DNA from: Candidatus Sericytochromatia bacterium
GTDB taxonomy: Bacteria; Cyanobacteriota; Sericytochromatia; UBA7694; JACMQJ01
NCBI GenBank assembly: GCA_026004035.1
Contig: BPII01000006.1
Coordinates: 14,296-78,295, forward strand
Length of the DNA stretch: 64,000 bases
Direction: 5' to 3'
The translations under genes and the position numbers were made by a program. Under the pieces are notes generated by a model that saw nothing but the letters and a program-made list of their open reading frames with translations, searched no databases and was not told the DNA's origin. Shown piece by piece: positions 51,512 through 61,531 of this stretch; positions within the stretch are counted from its first letter, which is position 1, and each line of letters opens with the position of its first letter.

Positions 51512-53887
51512 TTAAGTAAAATGAAAATATTTTCTTTCAAATATTTTATTTATAGCTATTTCTAAATTTTGAGAATAAAAAATTGAATCATATTCATTTT
51601 GAAAACCATATTTTTCTAATTCATGTATTTCAATATTACTATCAGAAATAATTGTAATAGGTACCTTGTAGTTAATTTTAATTTTTTCCAATATTTGGAA
51701 TATATTAATCTTATCACTATTTAATAAAATAACAGAATCTATTTTAGTTTTTTCTTTATAATCTACAAAGTTGTTTATTAATTTATAGTCTATAGTTATA
51801 GAAAGATTATTTGATACTTTTTTTATAATTTTTTCAAAATTATTATCTTTTTTAAAGTCATAAATCAGAAGATTTATATAATTTTTCATAATAAACTTTA
51901 TTAAAGTTTCTACAAAATTATCTATTTCATTCATTCTATTATTCACATTTATCCAAGGGTTCATACAAGTAACTCTTAATACAACTATTTTCTTCTCCTT
52001 ATTTTTATAAAAATTATCAATTGATATGCCACTATTTCTTAGTAAATTTTCTATTGCTTGTCCTTGATATGTTTCGTAATTAAATTCTGTTTTTGATATT
52101 ATGTAATTTAAATTATGATATTGATTTACATTAAATTTAAATTTTTCATATATTCTACTATTTAATTTATTCATAAATTCTATATCTTTATTATTTTTAG
52201 AATTTACAATAAAGCAAAGTAAATTACTATCAGGTTCGCAAATAGGAATGATTTTAAAAGGATTATCATTATTATTATAGTCAAGAAAAGAATTATATAA
52301 ATATGATGCTACATTAAGAGTATCAAGAATAATCTTACCATGACCTTTTATATTTAATGGTATCAATTTATGAGATAAATAGCATGAACATGCTGCTGCT
52401 CCAGGTTTTGAGCCTTCAATAATATATTTACCAATAAATTCAAAGTTAGAGTTCTCATGAAAAACATATGGTGCATTTACACTTAAAAGTTCTTTAACTT
52501 TATTCGATTTAAAAAGAATACTTCCAGCAGGATAAGGAATATATCCTAATTTATGTGGATCTATTGTTATGCTATCATAGTCTTTTAAGGCTTTTATAGA
52601 ATTATATAAGTGTTCTATTTTAGATTTTGATTTATTTAAAGATATTTTTTTGCAAAAATCAGAAAAATCTTCTATTTCTTTATAAAAACTTATATCATCT
52701 TTTTTAAACATTATAATATCATCATAAATTATAGATGCTATGTAACCTCCCCAAGCAGCATCACTATGTAAATAAAAGCTAACTTTAAAATCTTTCTCAA
52801 ATTTATTTTTTAAATTAACAATTTCTTTATGAGCATCTATTGAACCTTCTTCAGTAGAACCAAATACTGATATTAAGGCTACAATAGGAATATATTTATT
52901 TTTCAACTTTAAAATAGTCTTTTCTAGTTTTTTTATATCAATTCTAAATTCTTTATCACAAGGTATTTCTATAATATTATCTTTACTAGAACCTAAACCT
53001 AATATATCAAATATTTTTGTATATGAATAGTGTTTAGTTTGTGGAATAATAAAAACAGGTTCATTTATATTATTAAACATATCAGACATTTCTTTGTAAA
53101 ATTTTCTAATACCTAAAGATTGTAACGAGTATTTATTTATGGTTTTTTTTATAATATCTACAATTTCTTTTTTTATACTACTTGGTAAAAAAGATACGTT
53201 ATTTTTTTTTACTTCATTATCTAAAGCTAAGTTTATAATTTTATCTTCTAAACTTAATTTTGTTTTAGTATCTAAATTTAATAGCTCCCAAGAACCTATA
53301 CTTATAAAGTTAGTATCATTTATTTTAAAATCTTTTAAAAAATTGAAATTTTCATATTCTATTAATTCTTTTATAGCTTTGTATATCGAAATAGGTTTAA
53401 AAAAGCAGTTTCTTGCTACCCACATAGCTTCGAGATTAGCAATTGTTCCTCCAGATGTTATATGTCCCCACGAAGAATTGATATCATAACCTACCATGTA
53501 AGAAAGCATTTTAGCTACTATTAACTCATATCTTGTTGTAACAGGTGAAGCTTCAGATGATATATTATTTGGATTATATAACATAGCTGCAAAATAACCT
53601 ATAATAGCAGGTATTGTTGTTTCAGATACCATATGACCAATATATCTTGGACTAAAAAATGGAACACCTTTTTTTAATTCAGACAAAATTTTATGTAACT
53701 CTTGTTTTAAATTTGCATAATCTGAATTAATATCATTTCTTTGTTTTTCTAAGATGTATGGTTCATCTTCAGCATTATAATTTTTTCTCCAATAAAATTG
53801 ATCTAATAATACTTCATTAACTAGTTCCTTTAAATAGTTAGAATTTTCAGATTTTGGACCTAAAAAAAATGCTTCTTTATTTTTCAT
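51512..53887 (-). CDS. Group II PLP-dependent amino-acid decarboxylase family protein with a ~280-aa C-terminal extension
   Basis: FFLGPKSEN...SPRYIGHM, SGGTIANLEAMWVARN, HSDAAWGG and DPHKLGYIPYPAGSILF (PLP-lysine in DPHK). 791 aa versus ~480-620 aa typical. Confidence 0.65.
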   Translation of the reverse strand: MKNKEAFFLGPKSENSNYLKELVNEVLLDQFYWRKNYNAEDEPYILEKQRNDINSDYANLKQELHKILSELKKGVPFFSPRYIGHMVSETTIPAIIGYFAAMLYNPNNISSEASPVTTRYELIVAKMLSYMVGYDINSSWGHITSGGTIANLEAMWVARNCFFKPISIYKAIKELIEYENFNFLKDFKINDTNFISIGSWELLNLDTKTKLSLEDKIINLALDNEVKKNNVSFLPSSIKKEIVDIIKKTINKYSLQSLGIRKFYKEMSDMFNNINEPVFIIPQTKHYSYTKIFDILGLGSSKDNIIEIPCDKEFRIDIKKLEKTILKLKNKYIPIVALISVFGSTEEGSIDAHKEIVNLKNKFEKDFKVSFYLHSDAAWGGYIASIIYDDIIMFKKDDISFYKEIEDFSDFCKKISLNKSKSKIEHLYNSIKALKDYDSITIDPHKLGYIPYPAGSILFKSNKVKELLSVNAPYVFHENSNFEFIGKYIIEGSKPGAAACSCYLSHKLIPLNIKGHGKIILDTLNVASYLYNSFLDYNNNDNPFKIIPICEPDSNLLCFIVNSKNNKDIEFMNKLNSRIYEKFKFNVNQYHNLNYIISKTEFNYETYQGQAIENLLRNSGISIDNFYKNKEKKIVVLRVTCMNPWINVNNRMNEIDNFVETLIKFIMKNYINLLIYDFKKDNNFEKIIKKVSNNLSITIDYKLINNFVDYKEKTKIDSVILLNSDKINIFQILEKIKINYKVPITIISDSNIEIHELEKYGFQNEYDSIFYSQNLEIAINKIFERKYFHFT

Positions 53888-53959
53888 AAAATTACCATTC
53901 TAAACTAAATGTTTGAAATATATAGTAAAATAATTCTACTTAAATTTTTAGAAAAATTT

Positions 53960-54640
53960 TTAAATCATATAATTTTTATATAAATTATTAATCATGTTTC
54001 TTGTAGCTTGTCCTATATCATTTTTACCAAAAATAGAAGAGCCTGCAACAAGTATATCAGCACCATTTTTTAAAACTTCTATTGAAGTGTTTTCATCAAT
54101 TCCACCGTCAACTTGAATTTTTATATCTAAATTATTACTATCTATAAATTTTCTAAGAGAGTATATTTTTTGTAAAGATGATTTTATAAATTTCTGACCT
54201 CCAAACCCTGGATTTACACTCATTATGAGAATCATGTCTAAAATATCAGAAATATAATTTATCATATCAAAATTTATAGGTGTTGAAGGATTAAATGCTA
54301 TACCTGTTTTTGCTCCTTTAGATTTTATATAACTTAAAGTTCTATGCAAATGAGTAACATTTTCTACATGAACAGTTATATTTTCTGCACCAGATAAAAT
54401 AAACTCTTCAATATATAAATCAGGATTATTTATCATTAAATGAGTATCGAAAAATAATTTAGTATGTTTTCTTAAGCTTTTTAAAACAAGTGAGCCAAAG
54501 GATATATTAGGTACATAATGTCCATCCATTACATCTAAATGTAACCATTTTGCACCATTTTTCTCTACAATCTCTATTTGTTCTTTTAAATTACTAAAGT
54601 CAGCTGCTAGTAATGAAGGTGCAAGAATTTTTTCAGTCAT
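53960..54640 (-). CDS. rpe: Ribulose-phosphate 3-epimerase
   Basis: LAPSLLAADFSNL, HLDVMDGHYVPN and GQKFI motifs. Confidence 0.85.
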   Translation of the reverse strand: MTEKILAPSLLAADFSNLKEQIEIVEKNGAKWLHLDVMDGHYVPNISFGSLVLKSLRKHTKLFFDTHLMINNPDLYIEEFILSGAENITVHVENVTHLHRTLSYIKSKGAKTGIAFNPSTPINFDMINYISDILDMILIMSVNPGFGGQKFIKSSLQKIYSLRKFIDSNNLDIKIQVDGGIDENTSIEVLKNGADILVAGSSIFGKNDIGQATRNMINNLYKNYMI

Positions 54641-55331
54641 TTACAAACTCCTTAAGTGCTAACTTTGCTGCTTTTTGTTCAGCTTCTTTTTTTGACTTTC
54701 CTATTGCTTCAAATTCTTTATCTAATACTTTTAATACACATTTAAAAATTGCTTTGTGAGGTGGTCCATCTAAATGAAAAGAGTTATATTCTGGTAAAAT
54801 TTTAAATTTTGCTTGTGTTAATTTTTGTAATAAATCTTTGCTATTTGATTCTTCAGCTCTTCCATTCATAGCATTTATTAAGTCATTTTTTAATAAATTT
54901 ATTATCAAATTAGAAGTAAATTCAAATCCTTTACAAATAAATAATGCACCTAAAACTGCTTCAAAACAATTAGCAAGTATTGAATCTTTTTCCTTTCCTC
55001 CTGATGCTATCTCTTTATGACCTAATTTTATATTTTTACTTAGATTTATTCTTCTTGAAACATTAGCTAAAGATTTATCACTAACAACATAAGCTCTTGC
55101 TGTACTCATTTGTCCTTCACTAGCATTTGGATAATTACAATATAACCAATTACTAACAGATAATTTTAAGACAGCATCACCTAGAAACTCTAATCTTTCA
55201 TTATCTAATATATTATTGTCTCTTAATTCTGCTTTATATGATTTATGAGTTATTGCTATATCTAATATAGTATAATCTATATCTTCTTTTATATCTAGTT
55301 TTTCAAGAAGTTTTTTTATTTTTTTACTCAT
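54633..55331 (-). CDS. rnc: Ribonuclease III
   Basis: RNase III signature ERLEFLGDAVL followed by a C-terminal dsRBD (KDLLQKL...GPPHKAIFK). Confidence 0.85.
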   Translation of the reverse strand: MSKKIKKLLEKLDIKEDIDYTILDIAITHKSYKAELRDNNILDNERLEFLGDAVLKLSVSNWLYCNYPNASEGQMSTARAYVVSDKSLANVSRRINLSKNIKLGHKEIASGGKEKDSILANCFEAVLGALFICKGFEFTSNLIINLLKNDLINAMNGRAEESNSKDLLQKLTQAKFKILPEYNSFHLDGPPHKAIFKCVLKVLDKEFEAIGKSKKEAEQKAAKLALKEFVND

Positions 55332-55401
55332 CGAGGTTAATTATAACAAAGCTAATTATGATTATGTTAATAATTTAATCTTATTATGTTAAAATAAATA
55401 T

Positions 55402-56616
55402 ATGTTAAAAAAATATTTGCTTACAAGTATAATATTATTAACAGTAATATTAATTAGTCCATCCTCAATTTCTAAAGAAATAAATATAAGAGTTGGAATA
55501 CAGACAAATATTCAATCTACAATTGTAAGTACTTCTCTAAATGGAACTATTTTTCATTTTTATAATAATAAAATGAATAAAGTTTTTGATATTTTACCTC
55601 AAGAACCTTGTTATATAGAAAATAAAAAAGGATTATTACAAATAATTTCCAATGATAAAAAACTTATAATATCATCAGGTAAAGTAATAATAAAGAATAC
55701 TGAAGATAAGGGTAAATATGTACCTTTAGTATATGCTGGTAATAAATGGTATAGAGGAGAATTAGAAATATTTGTTTCTTTAAGCAATAAAAATAATATT
55801 ACTGTTGTAAATAATTTACCATTAGAAGAATATTTATATGGAGTTGTTCCTTCTGAAATGCCATCTTCATGGCCAATAGAAGCACTTAAAACTCAAGCTA
55901 TTGCAGCAAGAACTTATGCATTGACTCATTTAGGTCAATTTGCAAAGGAAGGTTTTGATGTTATGCCTACAGTTATAAGTCAAGTTTATGGTGGTGCTGA
56001 AAGTGAAACACCCATTACAAATAAAGCAGTAGATGAAACAATAGGAAAAGTAATAACATATAATAATAAACTTATAAATGCTTATTACTCATCTTCTTCA
56101 GGTGGTATAACAGAAGATGGAATTAATGTATGGGGAGAAAATTTACCTTATTTAAAATCTGTTATAGATTTTGATGAAGATTCACCTAAGTATTCTTGGT
56201 ATAAAATTATTAATAATACTGATTTACAGAATATTTTAAAAAATTCTTTTAATAGAGATATAGGGAAAATACTTAATATTAGTATAGTAGAGACAACATC
56301 ATCAGGTAGAGCTAATAAATTACTATTTGAAGGCACTAAATCAAATATAGAAATAGATGCAAAAAAGTTTAGATTAGCATCAAAACTTAATAGTACTCTC
56401 TTTAAAGTTGAAAAAATGGATTTAGGTACAAGTTTTTACGATAATTATAGTATTCCAAATTTATTTATATTTGTTGGTAAAGGTTGGGGACATGGTACAG
56501 GAATGTCTCAATGGGGTGCAAGAGCAATGGCTAAAAATGGTAAAACTCATGTAGAAATAATTAAACATTATTATCAAGGTACTGAAATAAGCAATATAAA
56601 TAGTATAATAAATTAG
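55402..56616 (+). CDS. SpoIID/LytB-domain protein (amidase enhancer family)
   Basis: Signal peptide. ...GVVPSEMPSSWPIEALKTQAIAARTYAL and GWGHGTGMSQWGA are SpoIID-family conserved blocks. Confidence 0.65.
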   Translation: MLKKYLLTSIILLTVILISPSSISKEINIRVGIQTNIQSTIVSTSLNGTIFHFYNNKMNKVFDILPQEPCYIENKKGLLQIISNDKKLIISSGKVIIKNTEDKGKYVPLVYAGNKWYRGELEIFVSLSNKNNITVVNNLPLEEYLYGVVPSEMPSSWPIEALKTQAIAARTYALTHLGQFAKEGFDVMPTVISQVYGGAESETPITNKAVDETIGKVITYNNKLINAYYSSSSGGITEDGINVWGENLPYLKSVIDFDEDSPKYSWYKIINNTDLQNILKNSFNRDIGKILNISIVETTSSGRANKLLFEGTKSNIEIDAKKFRLASKLNSTLFKVEKMDLGTSFYDNYSIPNLFIFVGKGWGHGTGMSQWGARAMAKNGKTHVEIIKHYYQGTEISNINSIIN

Positions 56617-56889
56617 TCTTTTCAATTATTCATAATCTTGAGATATTGAATTAACAGGATCATAATTGTAAATATCGTTTTCATATTTATCTGAAAATCT
56701 ACTTTGGTCTATCTTATACTCTGTGCATATAATTTCTTTGGATTCTTCTTTTTGTAATTACTCAAGCTAGTTGACACTAATATATGTTAATTTTTATTTA
56801 CTTTTGTTGAATACAGAGAAAATTTTTTTGAAAATATAATTAAATTACATGAGTATTGTTTACCAAATAAATAAAGAAAAAATTAAAAA

Positions 56890-57033
56890 AGAGTAGGTGC
56901 TGGGCTAATTTTATTTTTTGATAAGCTTAAAATCATTTAATAGTAAGCATTTTAAAGATTTATATTAAAATATACCTTAAATTCAGTGTTTATAAGCTTT
57001 TTAAGGTAATTTTTTCTATAACTCAATCCCAGT
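56890..57033 (+). repeat. Copy 3 of the ~140-bp interspersed element
   Basis: GGTGCTGGGCTAAT...AACTCAATCCCAGTGCC. The 9-nt ends can pair when G-U wobble is allowed. Lies between the SpoIID-like gene and the MarR gene. Confidence 0.6.
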
Positions 57034-57080
57034 GCCAGGTTTATATAATAAAATGTTATAATATATCTATATTTTTTTAG

Positions 57081-57533
57081 TTGCTTTTAATGATAGAGAA
57101 TGTAAATTTGGAAGATATACAAAAATTAAGTAAGTTAGTTGATAGTATAGGAGCTTGGTTATATAAAACTGAAATAGATGAAATAAAGAAAAGTAATATT
57201 TCAGAGCTTACTTATAGTGAATTACATACTTTAAAAGCTATCGAAGAAATTGAAAATGCAAAGCTTTATGAAATAGCTGATAAATTAGGTGTTTCAAGTG
57301 CTTCTATGTCTGTTACAATAGATAATTTAGAAAAAAAGTCTTTTGTTATAAGAGATAAAGACAAAAATGATAGAAGAGCTATAATAATAAGACTTACAGA
57401 AAAAGGTATTAATGCAAATAGAGAACATGAGAAATTACATTGTAAAATGGCTGAAGCTATATTAAGTAAATTAGATAAGGATCAACAAAAAATAATAGTT
57501 AAAGCTTTTGAAAAGCTACTTTCTAATGAATAA
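57081..57533 (+). CDS. MarR-family transcriptional regulator
   Basis: Winged-helix region ELTYSELHTLKAIEEIENAKLYEIADKLGVSSASMSVTIDNLEKKSFV. Confidence 0.7.
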   Translation: MLLMIENVNLEDIQKLSKLVDSIGAWLYKTEIDEIKKSNISELTYSELHTLKAIEEIENAKLYEIADKLGVSSASMSVTIDNLEKKSFVIRDKDKNDRRAIIIRLTEKGINANREHEKLHCKMAEAILSKLDKDQQKIIVKAFEKLLSNE

Positions 57534-58515
57534 TTTTAGAACAGAAGTAAATGTTAAGAAATTTGATTTTGATATAGAATTTACAGATGGTTTATTTTTT
57601 ATAGGTTCTTGTTTTTCAGAAAATATAAGTAATTTATTTAAAAAATATAAATTTAAAGTATTTAGTAATCCATCAGGAATTTTATATAATCCTATTTCTA
57701 TATCAAATATTCTTGACTTTGTTATAAAAAATAAATTTTTTACAAAAAATGATTTATTATATTCAAATAACAAATGGATAAGTTTTTATCATCATGGTGA
57801 TTTCTCAAATGAAAATTTAAATTTAACTTTAGAAAAAATAAATAGTAATTTAGAAGATGCAAATAAATTTTTAAAAAAAGCAAATTATTTATTTATAACT
57901 TTTGGAAGTGCTTTTGTGTATGAACTAAAAGAAAATAAGTTAATAGTAGCTAATTGTCACAAATTAAATTCAGATTTATTTAATCAGAGATTACTAAATA
58001 TTCAAGAAATAGAAAAAAATTATATTGAACTTATATGTAAATTAAATAATTTTAATCAAGATATAAAAATAATATTTACGGTAAGTCCAATAAGATATTT
58101 AAAATATGGGCATGAACAAAACACTTATAGTAAATCAATACTTTTTGTTTGTATAAATGAATTAAAAAAAAAATTTAAAAATGTTTATTATTTTCCATCT
58201 TATGAAATCATTATGGATGACTTAAGAGATTATAGATTTTATAATGATGATATGATACATCCTTCAAATCAAGCAATAGAGTATATATGGCAAAAATTAA
58301 TAAATTCTATGCTAAGCAAAAAAACTATTAGTATTATAAAAGAAATAGATAAAATTTTATTAGCAAAAAATCATATTCCTTTTAATCCTTGTAGTAATGA
58401 ATACAAAAATTTTTGTAAAAAAAATATTAATTTAATAGAAGAATTAGAGCAAAAGTATGATTTTATTGATTTTAAAGAAGAAAAAGAATTTTTCTTGAAA
58501 TTTATTCAATATTAG
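57508..58515 (+). CDS. GSCFA-domain family protein
   Basis: FFIGSCFSENI near the N-terminus is the eponymous GSCFA motif. The likely start is the internal Met around 57526. Confidence 0.5.
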   Translation: MKSYFLMNNFRTEVNVKKFDFDIEFTDGLFFIGSCFSENISNLFKKYKFKVFSNPSGILYNPISISNILDFVIKNKFFTKNDLLYSNNKWISFYHHGDFSNENLNLTLEKINSNLEDANKFLKKANYLFITFGSAFVYELKENKLIVANCHKLNSDLFNQRLLNIQEIEKNYIELICKLNNFNQDIKIIFTVSPIRYLKYGHEQNTYSKSILFVCINELKKKFKNVYYFPSYEIIMDDLRDYRFYNDDMIHPSNQAIEYIWQKLINSMLSKKTISIIKEIDKILLAKNHIPFNPCSNEYKNFCKKNINLIEELEQKYDFIDFKEEKEFFLKFIQY

Positions 58516-59851
58516 AAATACTTAAAACATGTGGTGGGGTGCAATCTGCAGGATATATATAAGAAATATCTATTACTTTTTTTTCGTATGGCTTTAAAAT
58601 TAATTTTAAAATAGGTTCTCCTTTTTCTGTGAATCTTTGAACTATATGAACATAATCTATTATTCTTTTATTATTTAATTCATATTCTAATTTTAACTCT
58701 CCTCTAAAATTTATTTTATCAGGTGGCATCAAATTAAATTTTAATTTATCTACATTTCTTATATTTTCAGGAATTCTTATTGGTGAATCAAAACTTATAT
58801 ATATTCTTTGTTCTTGATTAGTATTGTTATATAAAGGTATTCTTATATTGTAATTTACTCCATAATTTGCATGTGCTTGATATGCTGTGTCTTTATATCT
58901 TCTGACTAACTTAGCATTTTGATTTTGCCCTGTTGATAAAGTATTATTATATAATGTATTTAAAACATAAGCAAAAGATTTTCCTTTTTCTGGTATATTA
59001 AGATTTAAAAAATCATTTTTTAAGATACCAAACCATTCATTACCTATTTGAACTCCTGCTACTCTGCCGTATATAAAAGGCGTTCCTTTTGGTAATACTG
59101 TATCTAAAGGTGAAGGTATCTTATCTCTTTTTTCTGCTAAATTTCCTTTTTCTAAAATATTTATCCAATCTTGTAAATTGGGTTTTAATTTAAATCCTAA
59201 GAATTTTTTTTCAAATAAAGCTAAATCAGCTACATAAATATTGTCAGATGAGTATAATTTTATTAATGTGCTTCTACCATTTATATATGGTGGTTCTAAG
59301 TCTGAAGTGTTTATTTTTTTCTCAAATAGTAAAAGATATTCGTTAGGTTTAATAGTGTAAGTTCTTTTTAAAAAATTTTTATTTCTAATAATATCTTGAG
59401 CTACTCTATCACCTGGTCCTGAATAAATATTACCATCAAAATTATCTTTTAGTTTTTCAAGTTTAATAAATGGTGAATCAGGCTGACTTACATAAGATGC
59501 TGAAGACTTAATTTTTATTTTTACTTCTTTATCATTTGGGTTTTTTATTAATATTGCTTGGTATAAGTCTTTATCATTATCTTCTTGTTTGGATATATGA
59601 TGTGAAAAAATATCAAATTCACCTTTAAAAGAGTAGTTTAAATGTGCATTAGGATATAGCATATTATCTGGTGGAAATGTAGATAATAATATTCCATCAG
59701 TTTTAATAATTTCAGGACTATTACTATTGAATACAGGCACATTATTAATTTTTCCGTCTAATGAAAATACTTTGTAATCAAGTTCTAATTCATTAGCTAA
59801 TAAATCATTTGTTAAAATTAGAAAAAACAATAATGTTAAAATCTTTTTCAT
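58502..59851 (-). CDS. Hypothetical secreted protein (signal peptide), 449 aa
   Basis: MKKILTLLFFLILTNDLLANE signal peptide. No recognisable motif. Confidence 0.35.
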   Translation of the reverse strand: MKKILTLLFFLILTNDLLANELELDYKVFSLDGKINNVPVFNSNSPEIIKTDGILLSTFPPDNMLYPNAHLNYSFKGEFDIFSHHISKQEDNDKDLYQAILIKNPNDKEVKIKIKSSASYVSQPDSPFIKLEKLKDNFDGNIYSGPGDRVAQDIIRNKNFLKRTYTIKPNEYLLLFEKKINTSDLEPPYINGRSTLIKLYSSDNIYVADLALFEKKFLGFKLKPNLQDWINILEKGNLAEKRDKIPSPLDTVLPKGTPFIYGRVAGVQIGNEWFGILKNDFLNLNIPEKGKSFAYVLNTLYNNTLSTGQNQNAKLVRRYKDTAYQAHANYGVNYNIRIPLYNNTNQEQRIYISFDSPIRIPENIRNVDKLKFNLMPPDKINFRGELKLEYELNNKRIIDYVHIVQRFTEKGEPILKLILKPYEKKVIDISYIYPADCTPPHVLSISNIE

Positions 59852-60807
59852 AACTGATTAACTAAATTAAATTTTTCGTAGAATTTTATAAAAGTCTCTA
59901 TATCTTCAGGTTTTTCTATGCTAAAAGCATTTACATTTTTGTCTATTTTTTTTGCTAATTTTGTTAAAACTTTTGATGGTCCTATTTCAAGAAATATATT
60001 AATTCCATTTGACAATATATTTTTTATAGAATCTTCCCATAATACGGGTGAAACTAATTGCCATTTTAATTTTTCTTTGAATTTTCTACCACTTAATGTT
60101 ATAGTATTATCTATATTGGTTACTATTGGTATATTTGAATCTTTAAACTCTGTTTCATCTATTGTAGTTATTAATTCATCTAATGCACTTCCCATTAAAG
60201 GTGAATGAAAAGCACCACTCACGTTTAAATATAATACTTTAGCTCCCTTATTTTTTATAAAACTTGAAAAATCTTTTACTTTTTCTAATTTTCCTGATAT
60301 AACAAATTGTTCAGAAGAATTATAATTAGCTATAACTAAATCTTCACCACTAGAAAATTCTTCGCAATATCTTTCTATTTTTTTTCTATCTAATCCTAAA
60401 ACAGCTATCATAGTTCCTGGTTCTTTATCACCAGCCCTTGACATTAAATCACTTCTTATTTTAACTAATTTACAAACATTTTTAAATGATAATACACCAC
60501 CACAAAATAAAGCTGTATATTCACCTAAACTATGACCAGCTAAAATACTAGGTTTTATATTAAATTTATTGTAAATAAGATTATATATAGCTATACTAAT
60601 AGTTAATATACAAGGTTGAGCTATGTTTGTTTTTTGTAAATAATCAAATTCTGAATTAAAACAAATATTAGCAATATCCATTTTGAAATATTTACTAGCT
60701 TCTTCAAATGTATTTCTAATTTCTACAAACTGATTAAAAAATTCAATACCCATCTTAGGATATTGAGACCCTTGACCTGGAAATAAAAAAGCTATTTTAG
60801 AATTCAT
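59848..60807 (-). CDS. fabD: Malonyl-CoA:ACP transacylase
   Basis: AFLFPGQGSQYPKMG and active-site GHSLGEYTAL motifs. Confidence 0.85.
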   Translation of the reverse strand: MNSKIAFLFPGQGSQYPKMGIEFFNQFVEIRNTFEEASKYFKMDIANICFNSEFDYLQKTNIAQPCILTISIAIYNLIYNKFNIKPSILAGHSLGEYTALFCGGVLSFKNVCKLVKIRSDLMSRAGDKEPGTMIAVLGLDRKKIERYCEEFSSGEDLVIANYNSSEQFVISGKLEKVKDFSSFIKNKGAKVLYLNVSGAFHSPLMGSALDELITTIDETEFKDSNIPIVTNIDNTITLSGRKFKEKLKWQLVSPVLWEDSIKNILSNGINIFLEIGPSKVLTKLAKKIDKNVNAFSIEKPEDIETFIKFYEKFNLVNQL

Positions 60808-61531
60808 TAACTCTTCCTCATTGAAGATATTAACTATATTTTATATTGAAATTTTATTTTTTAGTATAATGATTATTAACTTTTCTTTATATTATTATTA
60901 CTTTAACAACGAAATCATAAAATTAACATAAAGTAATATTTTAGAGAGTAATTAGTTATAATATAATTTGTATTTTTATTTTGGATAACCTCGACAATGA
61001 AACTATAAATTTAGTATAAAATAGTATTTATAATATTTAGAAAATAGTATTAAATTGAAAAAATACAAGATATTTTATTATTTTTCAAGTAATTTTATAG
61101 GTTATAATCTACTTCCTGTAATTCCTTTATAAATTATACTAATTGTTTTATTAATATTAACTTATTATCAAGTAAAGAAAATATTTTTAGCTGGTTACTA
61201 ATTTCGTTGTTAAAGTTAAAGAGATATACCAATTTAATACTTCAATTATTAATGTTATTGAGAGTTATCAAGAAAGTTGTGTTTATACATATTTGAAATC
61301 AATTTTATACATATTTGAAATCAATCTATAAAATGTTTTTGGGATTTTCATACACAAGATTTAAGACAACTCTCTTTATTTCACTCAAAATGCAACACTA
61401 TTATTAACTATTATTAACTATTTCACTCAAAATGTAACATTTTATTTTGCGAAAATGCAAAACTTATTGCTATTTAATATTTCTTAATATTTATATTTTC
61501 TGAAAATCTTGATATACAATGATTATAGGAT

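Noticed and set aside
100-60208. Many short ORFs (60-155 aa) on the strand opposite to large genes: 100..399, 3252..3446, 4681..4986, 5587..5772, 6100..6339, 6688..6897, 7383..7589, 9790..10053, 13213..13449, 13628..13924, 16087..16284, 16975..17442, 17064..17267, 18133..18321, 19771..19983, 25700..25987, 26922..27122, 32651..32899, 33182..33397, 35726..36025, 41456..41689, 44095..44277, 45574..45798, 45805..46041, 48069..48254, 49627..49860, 53139..53489, 54838..55020, 56148..56336, 57516..57773, 59918..60208
   Set aside because: They lie wholly inside long, well-supported genes on the other strand. They have low-complexity or shadow-frame composition and no Shine-Dalgarno sequence or motifs. 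Such ORFs are typical antisense artefacts in AT-rich DNA.
61289-61440. Direct repeats that might suggest a CRISPR array
   Set aside because: Only two copies of each ~20-bp unit, adjacent or with 10-bp spacers, and no cas genes. Not CRISPR-like.
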